Assembly (NCBI GenBank): GCA_050575255.1
Contig: JBNZDD010013611.1
Location: forward strand, 1,949,479 to 2,013,478
Length of the DNA: 64,000 nt
Direction: 5' to 3'
From: Harriotta raleighana
Taxonomy: Eukaryota
Part shown: piece by piece, positions 49,130 to 61,235 of the stretch
Layout of the letters: the number at the start of each line of letters is the position of its first letter
How positions within the stretch are numbered: position 1 is the stretch's first letter
Notes under the pieces: generated by a model
Told to the model about the DNA's origin: nothing
Database searches by the model: none
The model's input: the letters and a program-made list of their open reading frames with translations, nothing else
Translations under genes and position numbers: made by a program

Positions 49130-49410
49130 ATCACCCATCAACCTCCTGAACTCCAATAGACATAACCGCAATTTACTCAGACATTATTACATTGCAATCT
49201 TTTTTATTCCAGGTATCATTTTGGTGAATAATTGCTGGGCTTTCTCCAAGGTCAGCATATCCTTTGTCAGCTGGGGCAACGCTATACAATATTCCATATG
49301 AGACCTGACTACAAAATAATACTGCAGCATTTCTTTCTTACTCTCACATTCTATAAGCATTGATGTATAAAACTTCAATCCCAACAAGGCATTCTGATCA
49401 TTTTTGTTGT
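49130..49410 (-). mobile_element. Old CR1 fragment
   Basis: VRSHMEYC...TLEKAQQLFTKMIPG. Confidence 0.65.
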
Positions 49411-49416
49411 GAATTA

Positions 49417-49672
49417 CACTTAGTCCTTGCTTAACGTAGTAGTTGCGTTCGCAAAAATTCTGACTTTGAGTGAAACAACGTTAAGAGAACCCTCGCAAGA
49501 ATACTAGACATTCAGTGTCTATGTATGCCTATGCTATCCAAAGTAGTTTGTTTCCACCCGTGTGAACGACGTAATAGCGAACGTCGCGATGTTAAATGAA
49601 TATATGTTCCCTGTATATCAGCAACGTAATACTGAAACGTTGACCAAAGCAACGTTAAGTGAGGTCCACCTG
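49417..49672. mobile_element. Tigger-like MITE
   Basis: TA|cacttagtccttgcttaacgt ... acgttaagtgaggtccacctg|TA imperfect TIRs; repeated aacgtt subterminal motifs. Confidence 0.7.
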
Positions 49673-49739
49673 TACCTATATCACCAATGTGTAGCATTAC
49701 ACAATGGCACATCCTATACTCACAATTCTGCACATGGTT

Positions 49740-50310
49740 AATTGCAGCCCTTCATATCGGAAGGATGCTGGGAATTGGGATCAGATGGGGAGAAGGGCAG
49801 GGGGGGGTTAGGGCGAGAGGGTGGCCGAAGGTACAGTTGAAGATGAAGGTCTTCGGACAGGACTTGAAGGAAGCAAGGGAAAGGTGAGATGGAGGGATTG
49901 CGGGCTAGAGTTTCAGAGTCTGGAGGCTGAGATGTTAAATACCCAACCACCAATGGTGGGGTGGGAAGTGTGGGGGGGCCATGGTCAGCTGAGTGGAGGG
50001 AACAGACAGGATGATCTGGGGTTATGAGGTCGGAGAGTTAGGGAGAAACAAGCCTGTGTAAGTCTTTGAAGGTTAGAACGAGGATTTAGTACTCGATTCT
50101 CAGGGGAAGCTGGGCAACAACAGGGTTGATAAGTGCCTGGAGCCTGATGTAGGAAAGGACACATGCAGGGTTCTGAAGAATTTACAGCTTGTGGAGGAAA
50201 GAGTTGGGAACTCCAGTGAGCAGGCAGTTGGTGTAGTCAAGCCAGGACCTAATGAAAGCGTGGATCAGGTTCTCGCCGGCCTGTGGTGAGAAGCAGTGGC
50301 GGAGGCAGAG
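49740..50310 (-). mobile_element. L2 LINE fragment
   Basis: Reverse match to the L2 ORF2 3' region and tail. Confidence 0.75.
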
Positions 50311-50884
50311 GTGTGAAAAGACTATATGTGGTCACAGCAGTAATGCAAATACCGTGGTGCTCGAAATGCACAGGGAGTTCAGCAGATTTCTGGACTCAGG
50401 CCCCAGCCTGTATATTTGGCCACTTATGAGCCATCAAGTAACTAAAAATGAATTAAATTGCAATATAAATTAAATTAAAATCCTCCATTTCATCTTAACT
50501 TGACTCACAGCACCTTGAGACACTCGATATGTGGCTTGGCAGCGAGTTCAAAACGTTCAAAAAAATCTGGCTCTGAAAACTCTTCATGTTCAAGCCAAGT
50601 GCTCCCAGGCAAAATTGACTGACAGACTAAAATGATCCCAAAAAAAGTCTTTGTTGGAACAAATGAATTATTGAGTACATGGCCTAAAATTATATATTTT
50701 TTTTTACAAAAATTAACTGTTGACCACCAATAATTTGTACAAGCCATCAAAGTGTCACGAGAATGGTAACTGCCATAGCTGCCACTTGCCAATATGCCTG
50801 GGGTTGCTTTCGAACTTTGGCAAATCTGTTACTAACCAGCTCACAAGCTTCCAAAAGTCTTCAGTGTATTTATCATTCCATCTC

Positions 50885-51365
50885 CAAGCCTTTCTCTCTC
50901 ACATTGAAAGCCTCTCCCAACAACCTCGCCCCACCCTCCATCTGTGACCTCCTATCCCCTTACCAACCTGCCCCGCCCCCCCTCCGTGCAGCAGGCTCTG
51001 GCCTACTCCAGTTCCCCAACCCACCCGCCCAACCTCTAGAACTCCATCCCAAAGTCTCTCCGCCTCGCACCCTCCCTGGCCTCCTTCAAGTCTCATCTCA
51101 AGACTCTCCTCTTCAATGGACCCATCGGCAACTCCTCACCACCCCCCCCCCCCCCCACCGCCCCTGTCCTCAGCTCGGGTCTGAATCGNCTCCTTCAAGT
51201 CTCATCTCAAGACTCTCCTCTTCAATGGACCCATCGGCAACTCCTCACCACCCCCCCCCCACCGCCCCTGTCCTCAGCTCGGGTCTGAATCAATAACTGT
51301 CCAGCACCTTGGGATGGCCTCCCATACATTTGCGCTATACAAATGTGATTTTGTTGTTGTTGTTG
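50885..51365 (+). mobile_element. L2 LINE 3' fragment (contains an N-flanked duplication)
   Basis: ctccttcaagtctcatctcaagact...gcgctatacaaatgtgattttgttgttgttgttg. Confidence 0.8.
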
Positions 51366-51424
51366 CTTTTCAGGATAGGAATTCCAATGATTACATTTAA
51401 AATATTTTTGGCCACAAACATGTG

Positions 51425-51630
51425 TGTCTTGAAGGAGGCAAAGGAGGGAGTGAGGCGAAGGGAATGTGGGATGGAGTTCCAGAGGGTGGGGCAGAGAGGC
51501 AACAACAGAACTTGATCCTCTGGTGAGAGTGGGTGAGAATGGGGCAATGGAGCCTGGTGCGGGAGAGGATCTGAGATGCAGAGTTCTGGATGATCTGCAG
51601 CTTGTGGAAGGAAGCTTTGGGGTGGCTGAC
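51425..51630 (-). mobile_element. L2 fragment, internally deleted
   Basis: PTLWNSIPHSLRLTPSFASFKTH. Confidence 0.65.
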
Positions 51631-51828
51631 ATTTAACTATCTATGTTAATCACGTTTTATTATTTTCTATTTCCTCCTCTCTTGCATTAGTCACTGGATC
51701 CAGGACTAAGGGACACTGCTGTGCGCAATTGGCTGTTGCATTTCGCCCACAAAACACACAAGTCAATTAACTTAACAGTATATTGAAGTGCTTTGAGCTG
51801 TCTTGATGACATGATAAGGCTATATGTG

Positions 51829-52133
51829 GAGCCTTGTAGCTCAGTGGTTAGAGTACTTTCCCTACAAGCTAGAGACTTGGGTTCCATTCCTGGCAGGGTA
51901 AAACCTTGAGTAAGTTTCATTACTCCACATGCCTAATAATAATCCCTAAAAACAATAATAAATTTGTTATTTCAATCCATGACTGTTTATGGAATACTGC
52001 TGTACACAACTGGCTGCCGCATTTCTTCCACAAATAAACAGTTACTTCACTTTACAGTATATTCTGTGAAGTGCTTTACAGAATATATTAGAAGACGTGA
52101 AAAGTTCTATATCAAATGCAAGGATTATTATTA
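51829..52133 (+). mobile_element. tRNA-derived SINE, near full length, preceded by a second SINE tail (~51710-51825)
   Basis: ggagccttgtagctcagtggttagag...ggttccattcc head; tail atcaaatgcaaggattattattat. Confidence 0.88.
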
Positions 52134-52200
52134 TATGAAACACGCAGATTATTTAGGATTATTATTATATGAAACACACAGATTATTTAGGATTATTATT
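52121..52200. repeat. 34-bp tandem duplication (about 2.3 copies) at the SINE tail junction
   Basis: aggattattattatatgaaacac(g/a)cagattattt twice, then aggattattatt. Confidence 0.9.
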
Positions 52201-53721
52201 CTACTTCTGTGTCTCTTTCTCCAATATACCTTACAGTTGTCTCTCTAAAGTCAGATGCAGGTCAGTCTCCTAATTGCTGATTTTGGCACAACTCAGTACA
52301 AGTAGAAACTAAAAGAAACTGTAAATAAGCAAACGACATCCACAGCTCATTCCACTTCAATACCTCACATCACATAATGTATGCTGGCAAATGAGGACAG
52401 TTAGTAAGATACAATTTAAGAGCTGCATGACTTCAGAAATGCTTTAGTCTCAGAGTAGACATTAAATAACAAGGTCCTGACAGCTACGTGATAACAATTG
52501 ACTGAAGAGAGGGTTGCATTTCAGCGACCCTTAAACATACAAACATTTTGTCTCTTTAATCTGCCCCCTAACCTTAAGAGTCCTAGAGTAAAGTTACCCT
52601 ATCTTACACATCAGTCCCAAACCAACCAAACAAATAAATAAAATCCAATATTTCACAGTAGGGGGAAAATATCTACATCTAAAACAAACACAAAATGATT
52701 TTTTCAGAAGCTGTATTTAATGAGTTGGAAACATAAAAATGTAAAGTGCGGAAGACACTAACTCTTTAAAACAGCATTATTTTATTTCCTAAAGTAAGGT
52801 TTGGATGCTGTTTAATTAAGAAATACAATAATTAAAAGACAGGATATGTTATCCAGGCTCCACTGTAAATTCGTAGATGCAACTATCGAGGCTTAGTGTA
52901 CATTTCACTTAATTTGTTGAATACTGTACATTAAAATTCTCATGTTGTTTGTCTCCTTTAAGCATTTCCCATTGTTAGGAAACTAAGCAACAGGTGTAGG
53001 CTGTTCAGCCCATCACACTTGTTTCATTATTTAAATCACTGCAGAAACTTTAATCTAATTTTCTCACTTTTTCTCCACATCCCTTAATATCTATACTATT
53101 CAAATACAGGAGAGCTCCACATATCCACACATTGGATAACCAAATGTCCACTTAACCTGAAAAGTGAGAAGATCCCGGGATTGTAATAATCGTGCAGGAA
53201 ATCTTTAACTGTGATCGTGTGTACATGCTTATTGTAACTAGTCGTCTCATGAACATGTGTTGAAATCAGTCGGGAGTATTCATTCAAATGGGTAGAGAGA
53301 GAACAGAAAAGAGATATGAATTGTGGATAAAATAGTGTTAGAGCAAGAGAGAAAGGGAGATACATAGAGACAGATAGAGTGAAATAGAGTGGCTGGCACT
53401 GTAAAGGAGAAGGAGTGAAAAGGGCTGGCACAGAGACAGCACAGTTTATTTGATCCATCGAGCCTAAACTGGTACTAGCTCCTCCACTTAAGCCAACTAT
53501 TCTGATACCTAATCTTTCCCCACACCCTTTTATATTGTCTCTCTTCAAATGTTTATTCAATTTGCTTTTAAAAGTTACGATCTCAGTCTCACTATTCATT
53601 TGTGGCAACGCTGCTCTTAATCTCCCATTTAACTATCCTAGTGACAATCCTGACCTCACACTCGCTACCAGTTCACAACCAAGAACATCTTATGTTCAAA
53701 TTGATTGTCTCTCAAATTTGT

Positions 53722-54075
53722 GGAGTCACGTAGCGGAGAGGTTAATGAACTCTCCTCACAAGTGAGAGGATCTGTGTTCATTTCCCGAGTGGGGAGAAAT
53801 CTTAGGCAAGTTTCCTTATTCCGCACCTCTGTTTACCTAGCAATGAGGAGAAACACAGTTGTTGGTCGATTGGTGGATCGCTTTCCGGGAGGAGGAATAA
53901 TATATATTTTTAAAGTCACTCAATCCATGTCTTGTTGTCTCAATTAGCTGCTAGGTTTTGCCCCAAAATACACAGTCACTAAACTTTACAATATATTCTT
54001 TGAAGTGCTTTGAGATGTCTCAATCAGGTGATAAACTGTTATATAAAATGCAAGGATTATTATTATTATTATTAT
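53722..54075 (+). mobile_element. tRNA-derived SINE
   Basis: ggagtcacgtagcggagaggttaatg head, caagtttccttattcc body, (TTA)n tail. Confidence 0.8.
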
Positions 54076-55294
54076 CATCATCACAAATTTGAATTCCTAA
54101 GACGGGTGACATTTTAAAGAGATATTGCCAACATTATTTCAATCTGAAATCATTTTAAAAGAACGTTAAGAGTCAAGCAAATCTCTGGCAATATAACAAT
54201 TGCTTAAAACAAATTTCTTTCCTCATTAATCTCAAACCTTTACCCGACATACACCAGCCCTGTACAGAGACTGCAAAGAAACTCAAACTGGCACTACACT
54301 TTTATAGTGCAATAAAATTCAAATTATTTTGTTTGTTGTGCTTTAAAACTCTCCTCTTCCATCGTGTCTTATCTTATTCTCAAGGTTTTGGAATAATATA
54401 GAGTGCCAGGTAGCCAATTAGCCTGCACTTAGATAACTTAGATCGGCTATCGGTATGAGCACACAAACTCCAGAGGCTTTTAGAAATGTAATTCAAAGGA
54501 AAAAATTCTGAGCAGATTCTTCACTCAACAATTCCTAAAGTCAGCGTCACGTAAGAGATAATGTGAGCGGTGTGCAGGAAATAACACGAGTGACCTCAAA
54601 GTTGACCAGTGGCCATTTTGTTTAACAGACCTGTGATAACCCGTGGTTAATTTTGTGGGGATCTGGGACACTGCATTACAACAATAACTTGCATTTATTT
54701 AGCGCCCTTCACGCAGGACAGTGTCGCAGAGAGCTTACAAATGTGGTCCCCTGTATCACAACCTTGAGCTCATTTACATTGTTGGCGGTACATTGTTGTA
54801 TCCTGCTCTGTTTTAAAAAAAAAATATTTTTTACACAGTTTTCGTTTTAATGATTCAATGCTGTCCATAGCAAATGTACACAGTATCACACAGTAGCCAT
54901 TAGCTCCATGCCATCCTTCACAGATTGTGTTGTTTCCATTCCCCCTCTTCCCCCCTCCCAATTTGCTGTTGCTTGATGGGTCACAGCAGAAGGCTTAATA
55001 ATTACTCCAAAAGCACAACCTAATTTTTCATTTTTACAAGAAGCCCTCACCTCCAAGAGTGGTGTCTGCTGTAGACAATATTTGCAGGTCAGCAAAATTT
55101 CGGAAGCTTCAAGAGCAAACGTAATGAGAAAAAGATGATCTGGTGAAATACACCAGGTTTTTCCAGGTACAGTACTTCCACCATCCATTCACATCTGTGT
55201 CATATTTACTGAAATGGACTAAGCTTGTATACATGTGTGTGTTAGTGCCTCAAGTATCTATGAGGCAGAGTATCAGCTTGGCTCCTTTGGTAGT

Positions 55295-55880
55295 ACTCTC
55301 CCTCTGATTCAGAAGCTCCTCACTCTTGTGTTTATATCCCTCCATTCCTCCTACTTCTTCTCTAACCTCCTCGCTCCTCACAGCAATACCCACTGCCTCC
55401 GCTCTACTGGGTTTGGTCTCCTCCTTGTCCCCTGAATCCTCCGCCCCACCATCAGAGGCCATGCTTTCAGCCACTATGCCCCGAAACTTTGGAACTCCCT
55501 CCCTCAACCCCCTTGTCTTTCCCCTTGCTTTTCCATCTTCAGGTCGTGTCATCATGCTTACGGTCACCTTCCCCCTCCCCATGGCTCAGCCTCGGGCTCC
55601 GCCATTGTGAAGCCCTCTGAGATGCCGCCCGACAAGAAGGGTGCAATATAAATGCAAGTTGCTGTTGTTGTTGTTCAAGACCTACGTTAGGCCTTGGAAT
55701 TCATATAATCTAATCTGAAGGTGCCAGCCTCCTTCAAGTCCTGCCTCAAGACTCTCCTCTTCGATCGTGCCATCGGTCATCCCTCCACCCTCCCGATCCT
55801 GACCCCAGCTTGGGTCTGAAACATTGACTGTCCAGCTCCTTGGGACATCCACCCGACATGAAAGGCCCTCTACAAATAAA
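55295..55880 (+). mobile_element. Two tandem L2 3' fragments (55295-55673 and 55725-55880)
   Basis: L2 ORF2 C-terminus and tails gcaatataaatgcaagttgctgttgttg and cttgggacatccacccgacatgaaaggc. Confidence 0.78.
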
Positions 55881-58499
55881 GATGGGCTGAAGCCCTTGTT
55901 TGTATCAATAAATATTTATTGATTTATAAAACAAAGGTTATTTATTTACAATCCATTCCTATTTTAAGAAAAAAAAATGCTTCGGGTAATTGACAGTTTT
56001 GTGGATTTATTTCAGGGTGAATGTGAAAAACATGCAAGTTTATGAATGCAACATGATTTCAAAAGGGTAAACTGTGAAATAAGAAACTGAAGCCTACATG
56101 TAAGTCAACTTCATGAACACTGAAAGAAACTAAAAGAACAGATGTTCACTCTCCTGACAGAGAAAGAACATTTATCTTCTTTGTTGGTTACAGCCAGGGC
56201 TTGAGAACATACAAAGAACTTTGCTGCATACAACATAGCTTTTGTGCAACATGTACAAAAACTTAGAAGTCCCATACTCTGCACATATGAAGCGGTAAAC
56301 ATACCATACACACATATGCCCTCTGCGTGAATCCATCTGTTGCGGACTTGTGCTTTTAAAAAATATATAAACATAATTCTTGAAACATACTGTCTCATCC
56401 TCTGTCCTTTTGGACACTTGCCTTCCAATATAATTTTGGGATTGTCACTGTTGATTTAGTACCACAGCAAGATAAAGTGTTCAATAAAAAGTAGCCAACT
56501 ATTTCTTTTGGTTGATTTATTGGCAGGTTATGCATTGTATATCGGACCAAAATTTAATTTATGTCTTCTTGCGAGACCTGTGAACAGCTGTGTTGACAGT
56601 CTGAAACGTAACAAGATGTCTGTGGAATTCTCCTTCCCTTCAACAACCAATCTGTGATGCCGACTTCTTTAATACAGACAAAAGGCTGAATGTTAAAAAG
56701 ATCTTTCTCACCCAAAAATCCTAGTAATCACCCTAACATCCTAATTAATGGATCAGGTTCATGCCATTGTTGAAATTCCACTGTTTTCGATTGCATTAAG
56801 ATCAACAGTGATTTACGGCCTGTATATATAGGCATAAGCATGCTACATAATAATAATAAGCTACACAGTTAAATGATTTGTCTTCAGCCGCAGAAGCTGG
56901 GCTCAGCCTCCCAGGCCTTCACAGATGCAAAGCCATAAATTATTAAAATTACCAACCATTATTGTACTTATTAATACCACCATGAATTACCCGCATTTTA
57001 GAAGAAACAAATGACATTTCAATAGATTACACACCAAAACACAACTTTCCTAATTCTTCAAAGAACGTTTGCTACCAGATAACTGGAGGATAAAAACCAG
57101 ACAGCAGAACCCAGTTTCACAGAGCATCAGATACATCCTTTATATTACATATTATATCCTTTCATACTCTTGCATTTCCCACCAAAGTCCTTTTGGTCTC
57201 TTTTCAATGGCAAGAACTCAACTGAAATTGCATCATATAACCTTAACTTCAGCTCGCTGGGATGTCTTCCCGATGTGAAAGGCGCTCTATAAATGTAATT
57301 TTGTTGTTGCTGTTGTTAACATGTACTACCCTTAACCCAACAACGCATGTGAGTATCGAGCAACTACAGTATACATATTTTAAATAGATAAATATATATA
57401 TTTTTAAATTACAAAAAAAGTGCCAGTAGACAAAGAGATCCTGGAACATAGAAATATAAAGGACCCCAAAAGATTATTGCAGGGTAATTTCACAGTCCCA
57501 AACTATCAGCAAAAAAATCCTACATTGCTCACTCTCACATATGCTTCAAGTAAACCTTCGATGATGATAATAATAATGATCTTTAAATTTGGTCGAGTGC
57601 CTCTCATATTGGGAGTCTGTCTCAATGTGCTTTGAATATATAACAACAATAATAATCCTTGCATTTGATATAGCGCTTTTCACAACTTCTAGACGTCCCA
57701 AAGTGCTTCACAGAATCTACTGTAAAGTGAATTGACTGTATATTTGTGGGCGAAACGTATAAATTGTAAAGTACGGTGACTGTCAGGTTTGTGTGTGAAT
57801 ATGGAAAACAATATGCACATTGTAATGTACTGCAAACATTTGAAGTAAATGACTTTAATTCGGGGATCGTTGGCCAAGACACTAGCTTCACTAGTAAAGC
57901 TTGTTAGTTTATGTTCCAATCATTTTGTCCAGTGATAGCTGAGAAATGCTTTGATAACCAGCACAGAAGCCTATAATATAAGTATTTATTCCTTCACGAT
58001 ACATTAGCTCGCTGCATAACATAGATATTCTCGTTATACATTTTATAAAACAACAATACACCATTTGTTTTGTGCATTGACTTCCTGTTAATGTAACTGT
58101 TTTGTAAAACAGCAGCTGATTATTTGATTAATTTAGCCAGAATAATCCTTAGAAGTCTTTCCTAATCTGCCCACTGTATGGCTGTACCATTCATATATTC
58201 CTTCTGTTAGTTCTTTGCTCTAATACTAATTATTTTATACTGACCTACAGTGAAGACATCTGCCCAGGTGGCAGCTGAAAATAATGAAATCCATCTGAAT
58301 CCGACTGACCCCAACTTTGCTATTGTAAAGGCGCTATACAAATGTAATTTCATTGTTGTTGTTGTTGTTCACAAACTTAGTAAACACTCTTATATCCTTA
58401 TCCAATTAACATACATTAAAAATAGCAAGGGTACCAATTTGTAACCTCTATCCTGAAAATTGTCCATTGGTGGTTATCAACCATTGCTTTACTTTCTAC

Positions 58500-59010
58500 C
58501 ACCACCACCAACAACAACAACAAAATTACACTTGTGTAGCGCTTTTCACGTCAGGAGAATGTCCCAAGGCGTTGGACATTCACTGTATCAGACCCGACCT
58601 GGGGGCAGGTGTGGGGGGGGGGGGGGGGGGGGGGNNNNNNNNNNNNNNNNNNNNNNNNNNNNNNNNNNNNNNNNNNNNNNNNNNNNNNNNNNNNNNNNNN
58701 NNNNNNNNNNNNNNNNNNNNNNNGAGGGAAGGGAAGGGAGGGATTAGGAGTTGCCAATGGGACCATCGAAGAGGAGTGTCTTGAGGAAGGACTTGAAGGA
58801 GGCCAGGGAGGGGAGGCAGAGGGACTGTGAGATGGAGTTCCAGAGGTTGGGGGCAGAATGGCTAAAGATTTGCTGTCAATGGTGGAGCGGGTGGGTCGGG
58901 GGACGTGGAGCAGGCCAGAGCCTGCTGAGCGGAGCGGAGCGTGCAGGTTGGTAAAGGGTTAGAAGGTCACGGATATAGGGTGGGATGAGATTGTGGCGGG
59001 CTTTAAATGT
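58500..59010 (-). mobile_element. L2 LINE 3' fragment spanning an assembly gap
   Basis: (CCA)n(ACA)n aaattacacttgtgtagcgc tail; the gap follows a poly-G run. Confidence 0.85.
58635..58723. other. Assembly gap (89 N)
   Basis: Run of n. Confidence 0.99.
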
Positions 59011-60684
59011 GAGCTAATTACCTTACTTTCTATTTTATAGCTCCTTACCATAGCTATTATTCATGCACAAAGTTATTGAAAACTTTCTGAAATTCCTAGT
59101 GTACATTAATTTCCTTACCCATGGCCACCATTATCAGTAATATTTGCAAAACAATTCCAGCAGGCTGGTTAAACATGACCCTCCTCTTCTGAATCCAGGC
59201 TGAATGTCCTATATCTGGGTGTGTTTTTCCAAGTGTTGATCCATTAAATCCTGTTTCAAAGGGTTGACCTGCCACTGAAATTCAATCAGTAGATTCCAAG
59301 TGTTTCTCTCATTTTATTTAAATGATGAAGCTTTCAAGTCCTTAGGAATTTTTTTTTCCAAATTAAGTCAACGTTTTCAATGTTGTCGGGAAATTCTCTC
59401 CAAACTTGCTAGCAGTAGTCATTCATGTATCTCATTGACTACTTTGTTAGACTGGTTTTGTGAGGAGCTTGACAAGAACGTTTCCATCAAATCAGGTTGA
59501 AACATTTGAGGCCTGGAATTACAATTGCTCTTAGCATTTGTATTAACATTTTATCTTAAAATTTGAGGGGGAACAGAAGTTAAGAAATTCTTGAGAAATT
59601 CTTAAATTCAGCCCTAATTTGGGAGCAGTTTTTTTTCAGTTCTTAAAAAGTTGGTTCTTAAAAAATCTAAATTGAGAGCAAATTGCCGAATTTTTCTGTA
59701 TTGTTAAATTTTGTAATAAAATGGTCTCACATGTTAGGACAAGTGTAATGTTGAGCCTTTAGTCTTAGGGCTGCATACATCTATTGTGCAATCTATATCT
59801 CATCTACATTATTGCTATAATAAATTGGCGACCTCGAGTTAAATAGAATTCAATCAACTAAGAGACTATCTTTTACTAAACTGAGTCTTCAAATAATAAT
59901 CTTTGCATTTGATAATAGTAATTGTTCCAATTGATATAACTCCTTTCATATTGGGAGTAAGTATCAAAGTTCTGCACAGGATTGACTGTAGAGTGATGAA
60001 ATATCTTGTGTGGGGGCGAGGATGGCAATTTGTGCAGAGCAGTGTTCCACAAACAGCCATGAAGTGAATGACCAGTTCCTAAGATGCCAAAGCTTTGGGT
60101 GCAGCGGGAAATACAGGAGATTAATGTAAACATTTAATTTCTAACAGAAGCAAGAGGGGAGTTTGATCTTCCAGATCACTTGATAAATGTAAATACTGTA
60201 CTAGAGTTTATTCTCCAAATAGAGCAGCTAAAAGCTCCTGGGGACAGTAGTGATCCTGATTCCAGCAGACAAAGTCACCAGCTCTTCAAAATGATATTTC
60301 TCTGGCACATTATATTCTGTGAACACTCTTATGAAGTAATGTGAACTCTTATGAAGTGTCTTTAGACAATTCCATCTGGTAGTTTTCCAGGACTCCTTAC
60401 AGCCCCAGATGTTTCAATATAATCGCTGTCTGCCTTCCTTGGAGAATGGGTTTGCTTATCAGGTTGTCTATCTAACACATAGAGGAACCCAGGTTAAAAA
60501 AAGACACAGCTGTCAGCGCTGATAAACACTTAATAAAGAGCTAACTATTTTATTGAAGAGCAACTTAGAATCACATACGATCTAGAGAACGTTCCTGCGG
60601 TTTTCCCCAATGGTGTGTGCTAAACATTCGCAATTTATTGTTTTAAACCAAAACATTTCCAAAGTAAATTCAGGTTTTCAGTGG

Positions 60685-61235
60685 GTGCTATCATGTCAGT
60701 GGTTGTCATTCTCACCTCTCTGGGTCAGATAGTTGTAGTTTAAACTCCTTGTTCAGATTTGAGTTCATACTCCCTGAACATTCACACGAGTCGAGGTTAA
60801 GTCCATGTTTGATCAGTAATGTGTTTGCAGTTTTTTTCTTGATTTGATTTATGGAATAAATCGAGAAGTATTTAAGCAAGAAAATTTATTTTGTTGGCTG
60901 ACCATCGTCACTGGTGTAGGCTGACGCTCTTTGCAGTGTTGGGACAGCATTGCATTGTCAGAGATGCTGACATTAAAATCAAAGTTGTCTATGTCTGTTC
61001 AAGCAGATGTATAAGATCCCATGGCAGTATTCGATAAGAGAAATTCGTACTGTATCCTCCTTTGTCCTGGCCAATAATCCCCAGGATGAAATTGGTCATT
61101 CACTTCATGAGATATCGCTGCGTGCAAACTGGTTGCTCACAGACACAATCACTACATTTTACAATAAATCCCATGAAGTGCTTTAAGACAATTTGATGAC
61201 ATGATAAGCTGCTATATCAATACAAGGATTACTAT
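60685..61235 (+). mobile_element. Deu-domain SINE, interrupted
   Basis: Head at 60685-60770; gtaggctgacgctc...aagatcccatggcagtattcg core; tail ending caaggattact. Confidence 0.6.

Noticed and set aside
53096-53608. 170-aa minus-strand ORF
   Set aside because: Starts in a decayed CR1 3' end (FKSKLNKHL) and runs through low-complexity DNA; no coherent protein.
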